DNA of 63,165 bases, filler included, from Octopus bimaculoides (Eukaryota): the NCBI RefSeq assembly GCF_001194135.2. It is 5 parts of 5 records of this genome, joined end to end, with 100 filler letters (N's around TTAATTAATTAA, not from the genome) between each part and the next. Parts side by side here need not be neighbours in the genome. Positions count along the whole stretch, not along the records: positions 1 to 27,420 come from NC_068983.1; 4 more parts are not named here. One strand, given 5' to 3'. Below the pieces are notes generated by a model. The model did no database searches. It saw only the letters and a program-made list of their open reading frames with translations, and was not told the origin of the DNA. Positions 1 to 10,869 of this stretch are shown here, in pieces; within the stretch, counting starts at the first letter, position 1; each line of letters begins with the position of its first letter. The position numbers and the translations under genes were made by a program.

Positions 1-240
1 TGTGCGGGTGGCACATAAAAGACACCATTTCGAGCGTGGCCGTTTTCGTGCGGGTGACACGTAAAAGCACCCACTACACTCTCTGAGTGGTTGGCGTTAG
101 GAAGGGCATCCAGCTGTAGAAACTCTGCCAAATCAGACTGGAGCCTGGTGTTGCCATCCGGTTTCACCAGTCCTCAGTCAAATCGTCCAACCCATGCTAG
201 CATGGAAAGCGGACGTTAAACGATGATGATGATGATGATT
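1..240 (+). mobile_element. 3' end of an RTE-clade LINE (or RTE-tailed SINE) ending in (GAT)n
   Basis: The sequence GGAAGGGCATCCAGCTGTAGAAA...CATGCTAGCATGGAAAGCGGACGTTAAACGATGATGAT recurs inverted at 16574-16760, where it is joined to RTE RT coding sequence. Confidence 0.75.
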
Positions 241-585
241 TGACTGTGGCCATACTGGAGCACAGCCTTTAGTCGAACATATCGACCCCAGGACTTATTC
301 TTTGTAAGCCTAGTACTTATTCTATCGGTCTCTTTTACCGAACTGCTAAGTTACAGGAACATGAACACACCAACATCAGTTGTCAAACGATGGAGGAGGA
401 ACAACATACACACACACATACATACACACATATGATGGGCATCTTTCAGTTTCCATCTACCAAATCCACTCACAAGGCTTTGGTCGGCCTGAGGCTATAG
501 TAGAGAACACTTGCTGAAGGTGCCACGCAGTGGGACTGAACCCGGAACTATGTGGTTGATAAGCAAGCTACTTACCACACAGCCA
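241..585 (-). mobile_element. tRNA-derived SINE, family B (near full length)
   Basis: The minus strand starts TGGCTGTGTGG (A box) ... GGTTCAGTCCC (B box), followed by the core GCCTTGTGAGTGGATTTGGTAGATGGAAACTGAAAGA and an internal (CA)n. Related copies lie at 13835-13972 and 61913-62582. Confidence 0.8.
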
Positions 586-856
586 AGAAATATTTTCATC
601 TAGTAGCATAGCAATGATTATTGAACTAATTTAATAATAATCTTCACATTGAAGGAAAGGAATGTAAATAAATTAAATCAATTTCAGTACAAAATTAGGG
701 TTAATTTCTATAAAGATTTGCACTCAGAATATAGATAGAGGGATAGAAATAAATATTGTTAAGAGTTTAATTCAATGCTGTATCATTTCTGACTTTTTAC
801 TTCCTAACAATGACTTTTAATGGATGCTAATAATTTTGGTTCTATTCATTGTACAG

Positions 857-891
857 GTAGTAAAGATAACAGCTGCCGTATATGGCGGTAG
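857..891 (+). CDS. DAW1: Terminal coding exon of dynein assembly factor with WD repeats 1 (WDR69/ODA16 orthologue)
   Basis: Acceptor ttttggttctattcattgtacAG (855-856) is followed by phase-1 GT AGT AAA GAT AAC AGC TGC CGT ATA TGG CGG TAG = (G)SKDNSCRIWR*. This matches the DAW1 C-terminus as I recall it (...TGSKDNTCRIWR*), the end of the last WD40 repeat. Upstream exons lie outside the window. Confidence 0.75.
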
Positions 892-1139
892 AAAAGACAT
901 AAAGAGATCAAAATGAAGCTACATATAGTGTGCGAAGATGTAAAAAGGATAGCCCTGCCTGCTGGAGATCAGAGAAAAAAGAGAGAATTTGGTTTCCTTT
1001 TTTTTTCTTTTGTGACAAAACATTTTGAAATAGTTTGAATCTTGAAATTATTTTGTCAAGTGAAGGAAAAAACTTAATTCTTGAAAACATGTTTGTTTTG
1101 CAGTTACAAGCATACTTTGTGTTTTATTATTAACATTCC

Positions 1140-1140
<1 letters not shown>

Positions 1141-1235
<95 letters not shown>

Positions 1236-1262
1236 CTCGCTCTCTCTCTCTCTCTCTCTCTC
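1141..1262. repeat. (CT)n microsatellite
   Basis: Direct reading of the sequence. Confidence 0.98.
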
Positions 1263-1529
1263 ATGAGTGTGCACGCACACACACATACACTTGACTTGGC
1301 AAATGAACTTTAGAGTTATTGTGATTCGGAAGGAAAAAATGGAGTTTTATTTTTATATTTTTGCTTTCTTTTCATTTGAAATTTTTTGATACTTCCATGA
1401 ACTGTGCAGCAATGTATGTCGTCTTTGGTTTTGATTTACTCATTTACTATTTTTGTCTTTTCTTACAGCAGATTTCCCAAAGTTTCTTGTGCATCTTAGA
1501 AATAATTAATATTACTATTATTTGAAGTC

Positions 1530-1850
1530 TTTGTGTTCTGAGTTCAAATTCGGTCAAGGTTAATTTTGCCTCTCATCCTTCTGGGATCAATAAAATAAAG
1601 TATCAGTAAAATATTAGGTTGATTTACTTTATCTAACCCTTTCTTTCAAACTGTTGATGTTATGGCTATATAAGGAAATATTATTAGGGCATGGGCAATA
1701 GATGGTAGAATGATTGGAGCATTAAACAAAATTTCTTATGGCATTTATTTTGGCTTTATATGTTCCGTGTTCAAATTCCTTGAAGGTCAAACAGTGGATT
1801 AAACTGAGACACTTTTATCTTTTTAAGGTCTGTAAAATAAAGTGCCTTGT
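1530..1850 (+). mobile_element. Two decayed SINE family A copies
   Basis: Degenerate matches to the GTTCAAATTC...CATCCTT...GATAAAATAAGTACCAG core at ~1535-1625 and ~1700-1850. Confidence 0.55.
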
Positions 1851-1877
1851 ACCTATTTGAGAAATTATTATTATTAT

Positions 1878-3990
1878 TGTTCAGTAGTTTTATTTTCATA
1901 ATGTGCTTTCACTGCACTACCGAGCGCAGCTCTGTGTGCCTTGGGTGTGTGCTGTGGTTTGCTGTGATGCTCTTATGGTTACTGTATTGAAAGTGTTTTG
2001 TGTAGGATGTGTGCAGTGCCCAGTAGTGCAATTTTCTGTATGTTATATATATTTGTAAGTCCTGGTGTTTTTGTTATGTATTTGTCTGAATATTTTTTTA
2101 TTATACCTAAGGTGCCTACTATGATAGGAATTGTTTCTGTTTTTAGATTCCACATTCGAGTTACCTCTATTTCCAGGTCTTTGTATTTTGAAAGTTTCTC
2201 CATTTCTTTAGGGAAACGTTGTCATCTGCTGGTATTGATACATCAATTAGAAAGCATTTTTTTTTCCTTCATGATCTTTGACAACTATATCTGGTCTATT
2301 GGCCTTAATTTCTCTATCTGTATGTATTAGCATATCCCAGAGTATGGTTGCTTTCTCATTTTCTGTGACCTTTTCTGGCATGTGTTTATACCTTCTTTTT
2401 TCTGTTGTTATTCCATAGTGTTGGCATAGCTTCCAGTGTATATAGGTCCCAGCTCTGTTGNNNNNNNNNNNNNNNNNNNNNNNNNNNNNNNNNNNNNNNN
2501 NNNNNNNNNNNNNNNNNNNNNNNNNNNNNNNNNNNNNNNNNNNNNNNNNNNNNNNNNNNNNNNNNNNNNNNNNNNNNNNNNNNNNNNNNNNNNNNNNNNN
2601 NNNNNNNNNATAATATGATTTATTGTTTCTTGTCCATCGCCACATATTCTGCAGTTACTTGTTATGTTTCTTTTCATTATATGTTTTTGGTAATTTCTGG
2701 TGGGGAGGCTTTGGTTTTGTGCAGCAATTAAAAAACCTTCAGTCTCTGCTTTGAGTCCTGAGCTTCTCAACCATTACTGGGATTTCTCTCTGTCTGTTTC
2801 TTTTGCATTTAGTTTAGCCCAGTATTTACCATGTAGGGGCTTTTCTTGCCATTGTTTTATCATGGTCCGTTGCTATTCTAGTTTTAGTTTGGATTTCATT
2901 TGTTTTATGGCTTTTGTTGTTTCTTCTTCTTCTTCTTCTTCTTCTTCTTCTTCTTCTTCTTTTTCTTCTTCTTCTTCTTCTTCTTCTTCTTCTTCTTCTT
3001 CTTCTTCTTCTTCGTATTCGTTAGGTAGTATGATTTCTTGTTTATATTTGTTAGCTTCCTTAAATACTGAAAACAGTTTTTTGTTTTGCTCATGTTTTGT
3101 GGCTATTTGTATTAGTTTTCCTTGCTTCTGAAGTAGGTATTTTTGCAGNNNNNNNNNNGGCTATTTGTATTAGTTTTCCTTGCTTCTGAAGTAGGTATTT
3201 TTGCAGTCCTATGGTGGTTATTTTATATTAGTTTTCCAGCTGTATAAGACCCCTACCACCTTCTGTACATAGCCTTTTTATGTCAGATTTTGGGTGGTGC
3301 ATCCTAGATCCTGTCATTATTTTTCTTGTTTTCCTGTCTATTTTAGATAGTCCGTTTAGTATCCAGTTAAGGATATTGTAGCTGTAACTTATAACTGGGA
3401 CAGATAAAGTGTTAATACTTATTATCTTGTTTTTAGCCTTGAGCTCTGTTTTTAGTATTGATCTAACTCGTCTATAGTACTCTTTCTTTATTTTTTCTTT
3501 CATTTGTGTGTGTTGTATCCTATCTAGTTCATCAACTCCTAAATATTTGTATGGCTGGCTTTCGTCTAGTTCTCTTATTTCATTGGCCTTATCTAGTGTG
3601 ATGTTGCTACTCTTAACTAGTTTTCCTCTTTTCAGGGNNNNNNNNNNATATTCCTCTTCTAATGGGGATGGCTTTCGTTTTCACCAATCCCTCTTTTGTT
3701 TGGAGCTGTAGCACTGTCTGTCATTTATTCATAGAGTGCCTTATGTATTTTATAATAATTGGTGCCACCTTGTTTATGGCTAGTGTTTTGAGGATCCACG
3801 TGTGGGGAACACTGTTGAAAGCCTTTCGGTAGTCGATCCAGGCCTTTCTTCTTTCTACGGGCTGTCTTCAGTTATGGCTTTATTGATCATTAATTGATCT
3901 TTACAGCCATATGAGCCCTTGCAGCATCCCTTCTGCTCTTCTGGAAACAGGTTGTTATTTTCCAGGTGCTTACTCAATCTCTGCGATATT
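1878..3990 (-). mobile_element. R4/Dong-like non-LTR retrotransposon (RT, CCHC, RLE); 5'-truncated and decayed
   Basis: The minus strand gives RT fragments (QKGC..GSYGCKDQLMI, YKYLG, YYRRVRSILKTEL), then GLKAETEGFLIAAQ, the knuckle CRICGDGQETINHI, the RLE RPDIVVKD..., and EKLSKYKDLEIEVTRMW. The 3' end abuts (TAA)n at 1864-1878. Confidence 0.85.
2923..3013. repeat. (TTC)n microsatellite inside the R4/Dong-like element
   Basis: Direct reading; translates as poly-Lys on the element's coding strand. Confidence 0.95.
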
Positions 3991-4029
3991 ATTGCAGTAA
4001 ATTATTATTATTATTATTATTATTACTAC

Positions 4030-4645
4030 TATTTTCATCATGTGCACTACCGAGCGCAGCTCTGTGTGCCTTGGGTGTATGCTGTGGTTTGCTGTGATGC
4101 TCTTATTTTTACTGTATTGAAAGTGTTTTACATAGGTTGTGTGCAGTGCCTAGTAGTGCTATTTTCTGTATGTTATATATACTTGTTAGTCCTGGTGTTT
4201 TTGTTATGTATTTGTCTGCATATTTTTTTATCATACCTAATGCATCTACTATGATAGGAATTGTTCCTGTTTTTAGACTCCACATTCGAGTTACCTCTAT
4301 TTCCAGGTCTTTGTATTTTGAAAGTTTCTCCGTTTCTTTTAGATTAGAAAGCACTTTTTTCTTGGTGATCTCTGACAACCATATCTGGCATATTAGCCTT
4401 AATTTCTCTATCTGTATGTATTGGCATATCCCATAGTATGGTTGCTTTCTCATTTTCTGTGACCTTTTCTGGTGTGTGCCTATACCATCTTTTTTCTGTT
4501 AGTGTTGGCATAGCCTCCAGTGTATGTAGGTCCCAACTCTGTCATGTCTGTGATTATATTCCTTCTTAGCCAGGACTGGGCAGCCAGAGACAATATGATT
4601 TATCGTTTCTTGTCCATCTCCACATATTCTGCAGTTACTTGTTTA
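4030..4645 (-). mobile_element. Second R4/Dong-like copy (CCHC to RLE end)
   Basis: Closely similar to 1900-2660 (EKLSKYKDLEIEVTRMW...IQKIALLGTAH). The 3' end sits on (TAA)n at 4000-4030 and the 5' end on (CAT)n/(TTA)n. Confidence 0.85.
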
Positions 4646-4669
4646 TCATCATCATCATCATCATCATCA

Positions 4670-4712
<43 letters not shown>

Positions 4713-4714
4713 GT

Positions 4715-5262
4715 AAGAGAGCAATGCATGCTATCAAAGTGACACTGGGGTAAAATATATGAAGCCCAGTATACCCATCATGACTACCCATCTGATAAGG
4801 GTACACCAGGCACATGCATCACGACCATATGTGCGTGACATGGTGATCTCATATCAAGATAAACTGCACATGACCTTGCAGGTGGGGGCCCAGTTAGAAT
4901 TTTCATCAGGCTGAGTAGCCCATCCCACTCAAAAGGTCCCTGAATAAGGGTTGTTTAAGGATGTTGAATGAAACACCCATGTTTCAAGATGTGAATTATT
5001 CAAACCCCAAAGAATTCCTCTCAACACATGGCTATGATGCTCCCCCGCTACTTCTGCTCATGATCAGAGATGCAAATATTGTCAGCCACTAAAGGACATA
5101 CTCAACTGGTTACGGTCAAGCAACTGACAAGCAAATTTGTGGTATTGAGCAGAATATTTGCTTTAGCCCATCTTTTATACCAAAACAAAACAATGTACAT
5201 GATAACACTTCCAATCAGTTAAGATCAGAAGCCATGAGAGCCATTGCCTGGTACTGCATCAG
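4715..5262. repeat. Unclassified ~550-bp interspersed repeat between (TTA)n and (CAT)n tracts
   Basis: The terminal part GCATGCTATCAAAGTG(A/T)CACTGG...GACTACCCATCT(G/A)ATAAGGGTACACCA recurs at 28735-28835. No coding motif recognised. Confidence 0.6.
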
Positions 5263-5329
5263 GTCATCATCATCGTCATCATCATCATCATCATTATCAT
5301 CATCATCATTGTCATCATTATTATTATTC

Positions 5330-5536
5330 ATAAGGTGGCAAGTTGACAGAATTGTTAGTGCACTGGACAAAATACAGAGTGGTATTTTGTCCAACTCTTT
5401 ATGTTCAAATCCTGCTGAGGTTAGCTTTGCTTTTCATACTTTTGAGGTTGATAAAATAGAGGTACCAGCCAAGTACTAGAGTTGATGACTTGCTCCATAT
5501 CTTGAAATTTGCTGGCCTTATGCCAAAATTAAAAAG

Positions 5537-5578
<42 letters not shown>

Positions 5579-5920
5579 TCAGCAGTCTTATTTTTATTGT
5601 GTGCTTGCATTTCACTATTGAGCTGGTGTTATTATTTTTGTTATATCGATGGTGCTGCATGTAAGCAGTGCCTAAATGTTTTTTTTTTTTTTTTTTATCA
5701 TACTTGAAGTACCTATTATTTTTTTCTCTTTTCTATTTATAGATGGTTGATTGGCAGAATTATTAGAGTGTTGGAAAAAATTCTTTGCGCTATTAGTTCC
5801 ACACTTTAGTTCAAATCTTGCTGAGATCACCTTCAGCTTTCATCCCTCTAAGAGCAATAAAAATAAAGTTCCTCCTAAGTACTGGGGTCCCTCCTCTCAA
5901 AAATTGGTGACTTTGTACCT
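5330..5920 (+). mobile_element. Two decayed SINE family A copies (5330-5530, 5745-5920)
   Basis: Degenerate GGCAG(A)ATTGTTAG...GTTCAAAT...GAGGT..GCTTT..CAT core. Confidence 0.55.
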
Positions 5921-6330
5921 AAGTTAAAAATAGTTATTATTATCAAAAATATTTGTATTATGTAATATTATTCATTATTTGTACTGTATCATGTGTGTTG
6001 CAGTNNNNNNNNNNNNNNNNNNNNNNNNNNNNNNNNNNNNNNNNNNNNNNNNNNNNNNNNNNNNNNNNNNNNNNNNNNNNNNNNNNNNNNNNNNNNNNNN
6101 NNNNNNNNNNNNNNNNNNNNNNNNNNNNNNNNNNNNNNNNNNNNNNNNNNNNNNNNNNNNNNNNNNNNNNNNNNNNNNNNNNNNNNNNNNNNNNNNNNNN
6201 NNNNNNNNNNNNNNNNNNNNNNNNNNNNNNNNNNNNNNNNNNNNNNNNNNNNNNNNNNNNNNNNNNNNNNNNNNNNNNNNNNNNNNNNNNNNNTATACAT
6301 AAATGTGTGTGTGTGTATATATATATATAT

Positions 6331-9300
6331 ATGATACTTGAACGGAGACTTGTTGATGTATGTTGCGTACAAGAGGTAGGGTGGAGAGGAGCTTTGCCCA
6401 GAGTCCTCACAGGCAAGGCACATAGGTATAAACCCTTCTGGGAAGATAATAGTGATGGAATAGGTGTGAGCATACTTCTTCCAGAGAAATGGGTGGATAA
6501 GGTCATAGAGGTAGTGAGGGTGTGCGATAGGCTAGTCTTGCAGAAAGGTATAGCTACAATTATCTCTGCTTATGCCCCACAAGTGGGCCTACCAAATGAA
6601 CAGAAGGATCATTTTCATGATATTCTTCTGCAAGCTACCTTCAAGATGAGTGACAATGACCTCATCTTTGTGGCTGGAGATTTTAATGGGCCTGTCGGAC
6701 AGCAACCTGGTATCTTCCATGGTGTACTCGGTGGCCATGGAGTTGGTACTAGAAATGAAGAGGTTCCTGAAGTTCTGAAATGCGAATAACCTATTGATTT
6801 GCAACACCAACTTCTGCAAGCCAGATTGATTTCATTCTCACCAGACAGCAGGATGCATGGTTGCTCTTAAATACAAAACCCCTCCCTGGTGAAGAATGTA
6901 CCCTCTAGCATAGACTAGTTATTAGTGACTTTAGACTTGAGGCCAGAAGGTTGCCAAAAAGCAGACCAACCTGGAAAAGAAGGACTTGGAAGCTTAAGAA
7001 CCCTTCACATGGTCAGAGATTTAGGGATAGCCTTATCAAGAAATTTGATGATAGGGAGAAGGAGCTACAGTTCTGTGAAATAGAAGGCAGCTGCAAATTC
7101 CTACAAGACAGCTTGCTGAGCACCACAAACCAAGTCTCTGGCTAGTGCCAAGTCCCTTCTGGACCTAGGTAACATGGTGGTGTTTCAATACTGTAGACAG
7201 GGCCATTAGAGCAAAGAAACAGGCTTGGAAGGCCTGGAAGAGTGGGGATAGCAGGAGAATGCATCAGATAGCCAAAAGGGAAGCTAGGAGATAGGTATAT
7301 ATAGCCAAGGGAGTAGCAGAAAAGAAGTTTGCCAATGTCCAGTGATGTGAGGACCAAAGAACTGAAGTATTTCGGATTACAAGACAATGTATGAGAGAAA
7401 GCCATGATGTCATAGGAGAGAAATGTGGCTGCATGGATGATGGTGCCATTACAATTAATGATTCTGCAAAGAAAGAGACTTGGAGATGCCATTATAAAAG
7501 ACTGCTGAATGTGGAGAATAAATGGGAAGAGGAGAGTCTGCCAAAGGTTGACCCAATTGAGGGACCAGTTACCCGAATTGACAGTACCCTGGTAGATAAA
7601 GCAAATAAGGATATGAAGACAGGGAAAGCACCTGGCCCATCAGGAATCACTGCTGAGATGCTTAAAATATTGGGCAGTGTGGGTTATGGTCTTGTCACCC
7701 GCATCATAAATCAGGTAGTTTATGAAGGAGTCATACACAATGACTGGTGCAGCAGTGCCATAGTCGACTGCTACAAGAGTAAAGGTGATGTTTTAGGTAG
7801 AAATAACTACAGGGGTATCAAATTATTGGATCAGGTGAGGAAAGTTACAGAGAGGGTCATAGCCCAACTAATTAGGGAGAGAGTAAGCCTAGATGAGATG
7901 CAGTTTGGTTTTGTGCCAGGCGAAGCACCACTGATGCTACATTTCTGGTATGGCAACTGCAGGAGAAATATCTAGCCAAAGATAAACCTCTGTACTTGGC
8001 TTTTGTTGACTTGGAGAAAGCCATTGACAGGGTCCCCCAATCCCTTATCTGGTGGTCAATGCAGAAACTGGGGATAGAAGACTGGTTGGTAATTGTTGTA
8101 CAAGCCCTGTACAAGGATGCTGTCAGTAAGGTGAGGGTTGGCAATGAGTATAGTGAAGAATTCCGAGTAGAAGTAGGGGTTCACCAAGGATCAGTCCTCA
8201 GCCCCCTCTTATTCATTATAGTCCTCCAGGCAATAACAGAGGAATTCAAGACAGGCTGCCCCTGGGAGCTCCTCTATGTTGATGACCTTGCTCTAATAAC
8301 TGAGACACTGCCTGAACTAGAGAAGAAGTTTAGGGTGTGGAAGCAAGGTTTAGAATCGAAGGGCCTTAGGGTTAACCTAGCAAAGACCAAAGTCTTAGTA
8401 AGTAGGAAGGCTGTCAAATCACAAACCCCTTCAGGTAGATGGCCCTGTGCGATATGTAGAAAAGGCATATGATGAAACTCCATATGATGTACCCGGTGTA
8501 AGCTATGGACACAAAAGGTGCAGCAATATCTAAGGGAGGTTAACCGGGAAGATAGTTTTTGTGTGTGGCAGATGCACAGGGGAAATAAATACTGAAGTTG
8601 TATGGAAAACAGATTCCATCACATGCTAGTGGGAGAAACTAGAAGTGGTTAATAGCTTCCACTATCTAGGCAACCAAGTCTGTAGTGGGGGTGGTTGCTC
8701 TTGAGAGTGTGGCGGCTTGAATAAGAATAGCAAGGGCAAAGTTCAGGAGCTCCTACCTCTGCTGGCAACTAAGGACTTCTCACTCAGGATGAAATGTACA
8801 CTGTTTGATGCCTGTGTGCGCACTGCCATGCTACACGGCAATGAAACATGGGCCATGACTGCTGAGGACATGTGTAGGCTTGAAAGAAATGAAGCTAGTG
8901 TGATCTGCTGGATGTGTAATGTCAGTGTGCATACACAACAGTGCCCTGTGAGAAAATTTGGGCATAAGAAGCATCAAATGTGGTATGCAAGAGAAATTAC
9001 TGCACTGGTATGGTCTTGTGTTATGTATGGATGAGGACAGCTGTGTGAGGAAGTGCCACTTCCTAACTGTGGAAGAGGTAGACACAGGAAGACATGGGAT
9101 GAGGTGGTGAACCATGACCTTTGAACATTAGGTCTCACAGAAGCAATGACAGAAGATCAAGGCCTTTGGAAATTGAGAGGACCTGGCAAGTAAAGTGAGA
9201 TCACAGCCATGGCTGATGCCAGTGTTGCATGTCCGGCCCAGTTAACAGTACCCCTGATGCATCGGGTGATATGATATGCTTGAGAAGACCTGTTGAGTTA

Positions 9301-9581
9301 AGTAAAACCAATATCATGGCTATGGCCAGTGTCCCCTGACTGGGTCCCATGCCGGTGGCACATAAAAAGCACCATCTGAACATGACCAATGCGAGTACCC
9401 ACTGACTGGCTCCTATGCCAGTGGCACGTAAAAAGCACCATCCAAACGTGGCCGATGCCAGTACCCCCTGACTGGCACATAAAAAGCACTATCCGAATGT
9501 GATCGATGCCAGGACCACCTGACTAGTCCCCATGCTGGTGGTACATAAAAAGCATGATGATGATAATGATGATGATGATGG
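6331..9581 (+). mobile_element. RTE-clade LINE (APE endonuclease plus RT), frameshifted
   Basis: APE motifs VDVCCVQEV, IISAYAPQ and VAGDFNG. RT motifs KAPGPSGI, NYRGIKLL, QFGFVPG, FVDLEKA, GVHQGSVLSPLLF, LLYVDDL and GLRVNLAKTK. The 3' UTR carries tandem repeats and a (GAT)n tail. Confidence 0.92.
9340..9555 (+). repeat. Tandem ~50-65-bp units (core GTGGCAC(A/G)TAAAAAGCAC) in the RTE 3' UTR
   Basis: Four cores are visible; the same core occurs at 9-70 and inverted at 16743-16770. Confidence 0.8.
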
Positions 9582-9631
9582 ATTCACTTGTTGTGAATGA
9601 CAAATGAGGGTTTAGTAAAATAAAGCATTAA

Positions 9632-9860
9632 TCATATTCTAAGGATACGAATGTGTTTCTTGAGGCCTACTGGTGCCTTGCAAACCTTTTGGCAAATGAA
9701 ACAAGTTGAGAGTGCTTGTGAATCATTTACTATGTGTTTTATTGAGTGGACAGCAAGGCCTACTTTGCTTTGTGCCAGAAAACCACAATGGCAGGTAAGG
9801 TTTCCATTTAGAAGAGCAGCATTTTGCCAATGTGCCTTCATGCTTGCATGAAGTCGGTCC
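9632..9860 (-). mobile_element. LINE ORF2 C-terminal fragment with Cys/His motifs (RTE-like)
   Basis: TCHCGFLAQSKVGLAVH and TCFICQKVCKAPVGLKKHIR resemble the CxxC...GLxxHxR end of RTE-clade ORFs. Confidence 0.5.
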
Positions 9861-10144
9861 TGATGTTGGAGTCGACTTTGCTCAAATTTATACCTTTATC
9901 AATATACATCAATTACTAACTTTCACAATGATGCCAGATTCAAACTAACAGAAGTGTTTACATAATTGCATTTATATATATATATATACACATTTACATA
10001 CTTGTATAGAATGGTTGTTGTGTTAGGTTGTCAACACGAAGTTTGTATACATATATGTTTCCGCGATGAAGTCACAATGGGGATACTGATAATTTAAATT
10101 TTTTCCTGAGATTGGGCAAATGTGTCTGTTGATTGCAGGATTTA

Positions 10145-10520
10145 ATTACCTTTGCTAAGGAAGGAGGTTATGTTTTTGTTGGCGTTGGTTTGTCCGTCTG
10201 TGTGCAAAATAACTCAAAAAGTTGTGAATGGTATTTGATGAAACTTGCACGAAAAGTTGGTAATGACACAAGGAACAGATGATAAAATTTTGGTAGTGAT
10301 CTGTAAATTTTTGTGGATTCTTGAAGGGTTTTTCATTTGTTATATTTACTTTACATGAAATATTACAATGTTATGTTCTTTGATTATCTCCCTTGAAAAC
10401 ACGTTCATCATTTCCACTTCACCTATGGTGGCATTTCTGTTTCCTAAGTTTATTTTCGTTTCTCTATTAGTAATTTTACTCGCATATCTATCTTAAAATG
10501 AGCTGCTTGATGGAGGTCTG
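10145..10520 (+). mobile_element. Helentron/HINE-type non-autonomous element (partial)
   Basis: Starts ATTACC..GCTAAGGAAGGAGGTTATGTTTT..GTTTGTCCGTCTGT and ends GAGCTGCTTGATGGAGGTCTG. This pattern is typical of Helentron-associated interspersed elements. Confidence 0.55.
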
Positions 10521-10698
10521 TGGAAGATGACATGACAAGCCTTGACTATTGAGATCGACTCAGAAATCTCAGGCTTTGTTCTCTCCACCACCGCTGTGAA
10601 ACTAGCTTGCTGTTGTCATTGATGTATTATAACTGCTTCAGATGATTCCTGTTTTTAAAGTTTTTTTTTTATACCATATGGCTGTGTTATTTTTTTTT

Positions 10699-10826
10699 AA
10701 CCCTGCCAAGGAGGTTATGTTTTGCTGGCATTGGTTTGGGAAACTGGGCGATTTTTAGCATGCGTGTATATGGGTGGAAATGAGCTGCTTGGCAGAGGTC
10801 TGTGCTCTCTGTGTGCTTTTCTAGTT
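10699..10826 (+). mobile_element. Short internally deleted Helentron/HINE-type copy
   Basis: Subterminal inverted repeats CTGCCAAG / CTTGGCAG and a 3' end GAGGTCTGTGCTCTCTGTGTGCTTTTCTAGTT. Confidence 0.6.
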
Positions 10827-10869
10827 CTCTTATTGTTCTTTTTCTTCAACACAAATTGTTCTGATTCAT

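Noticed and set aside
3101-3206. Short direct repeats around 10-N gaps (also 46814-46929 and 62423-62502)
   Set aside because: Overlapping contig ends.
9340-9555. CRISPR-like repeat-spacer appearance
   Set aside because: Eukaryotic context, homologous spacers, no cas genes; it is a LINE 3' UTR tandem repeat.
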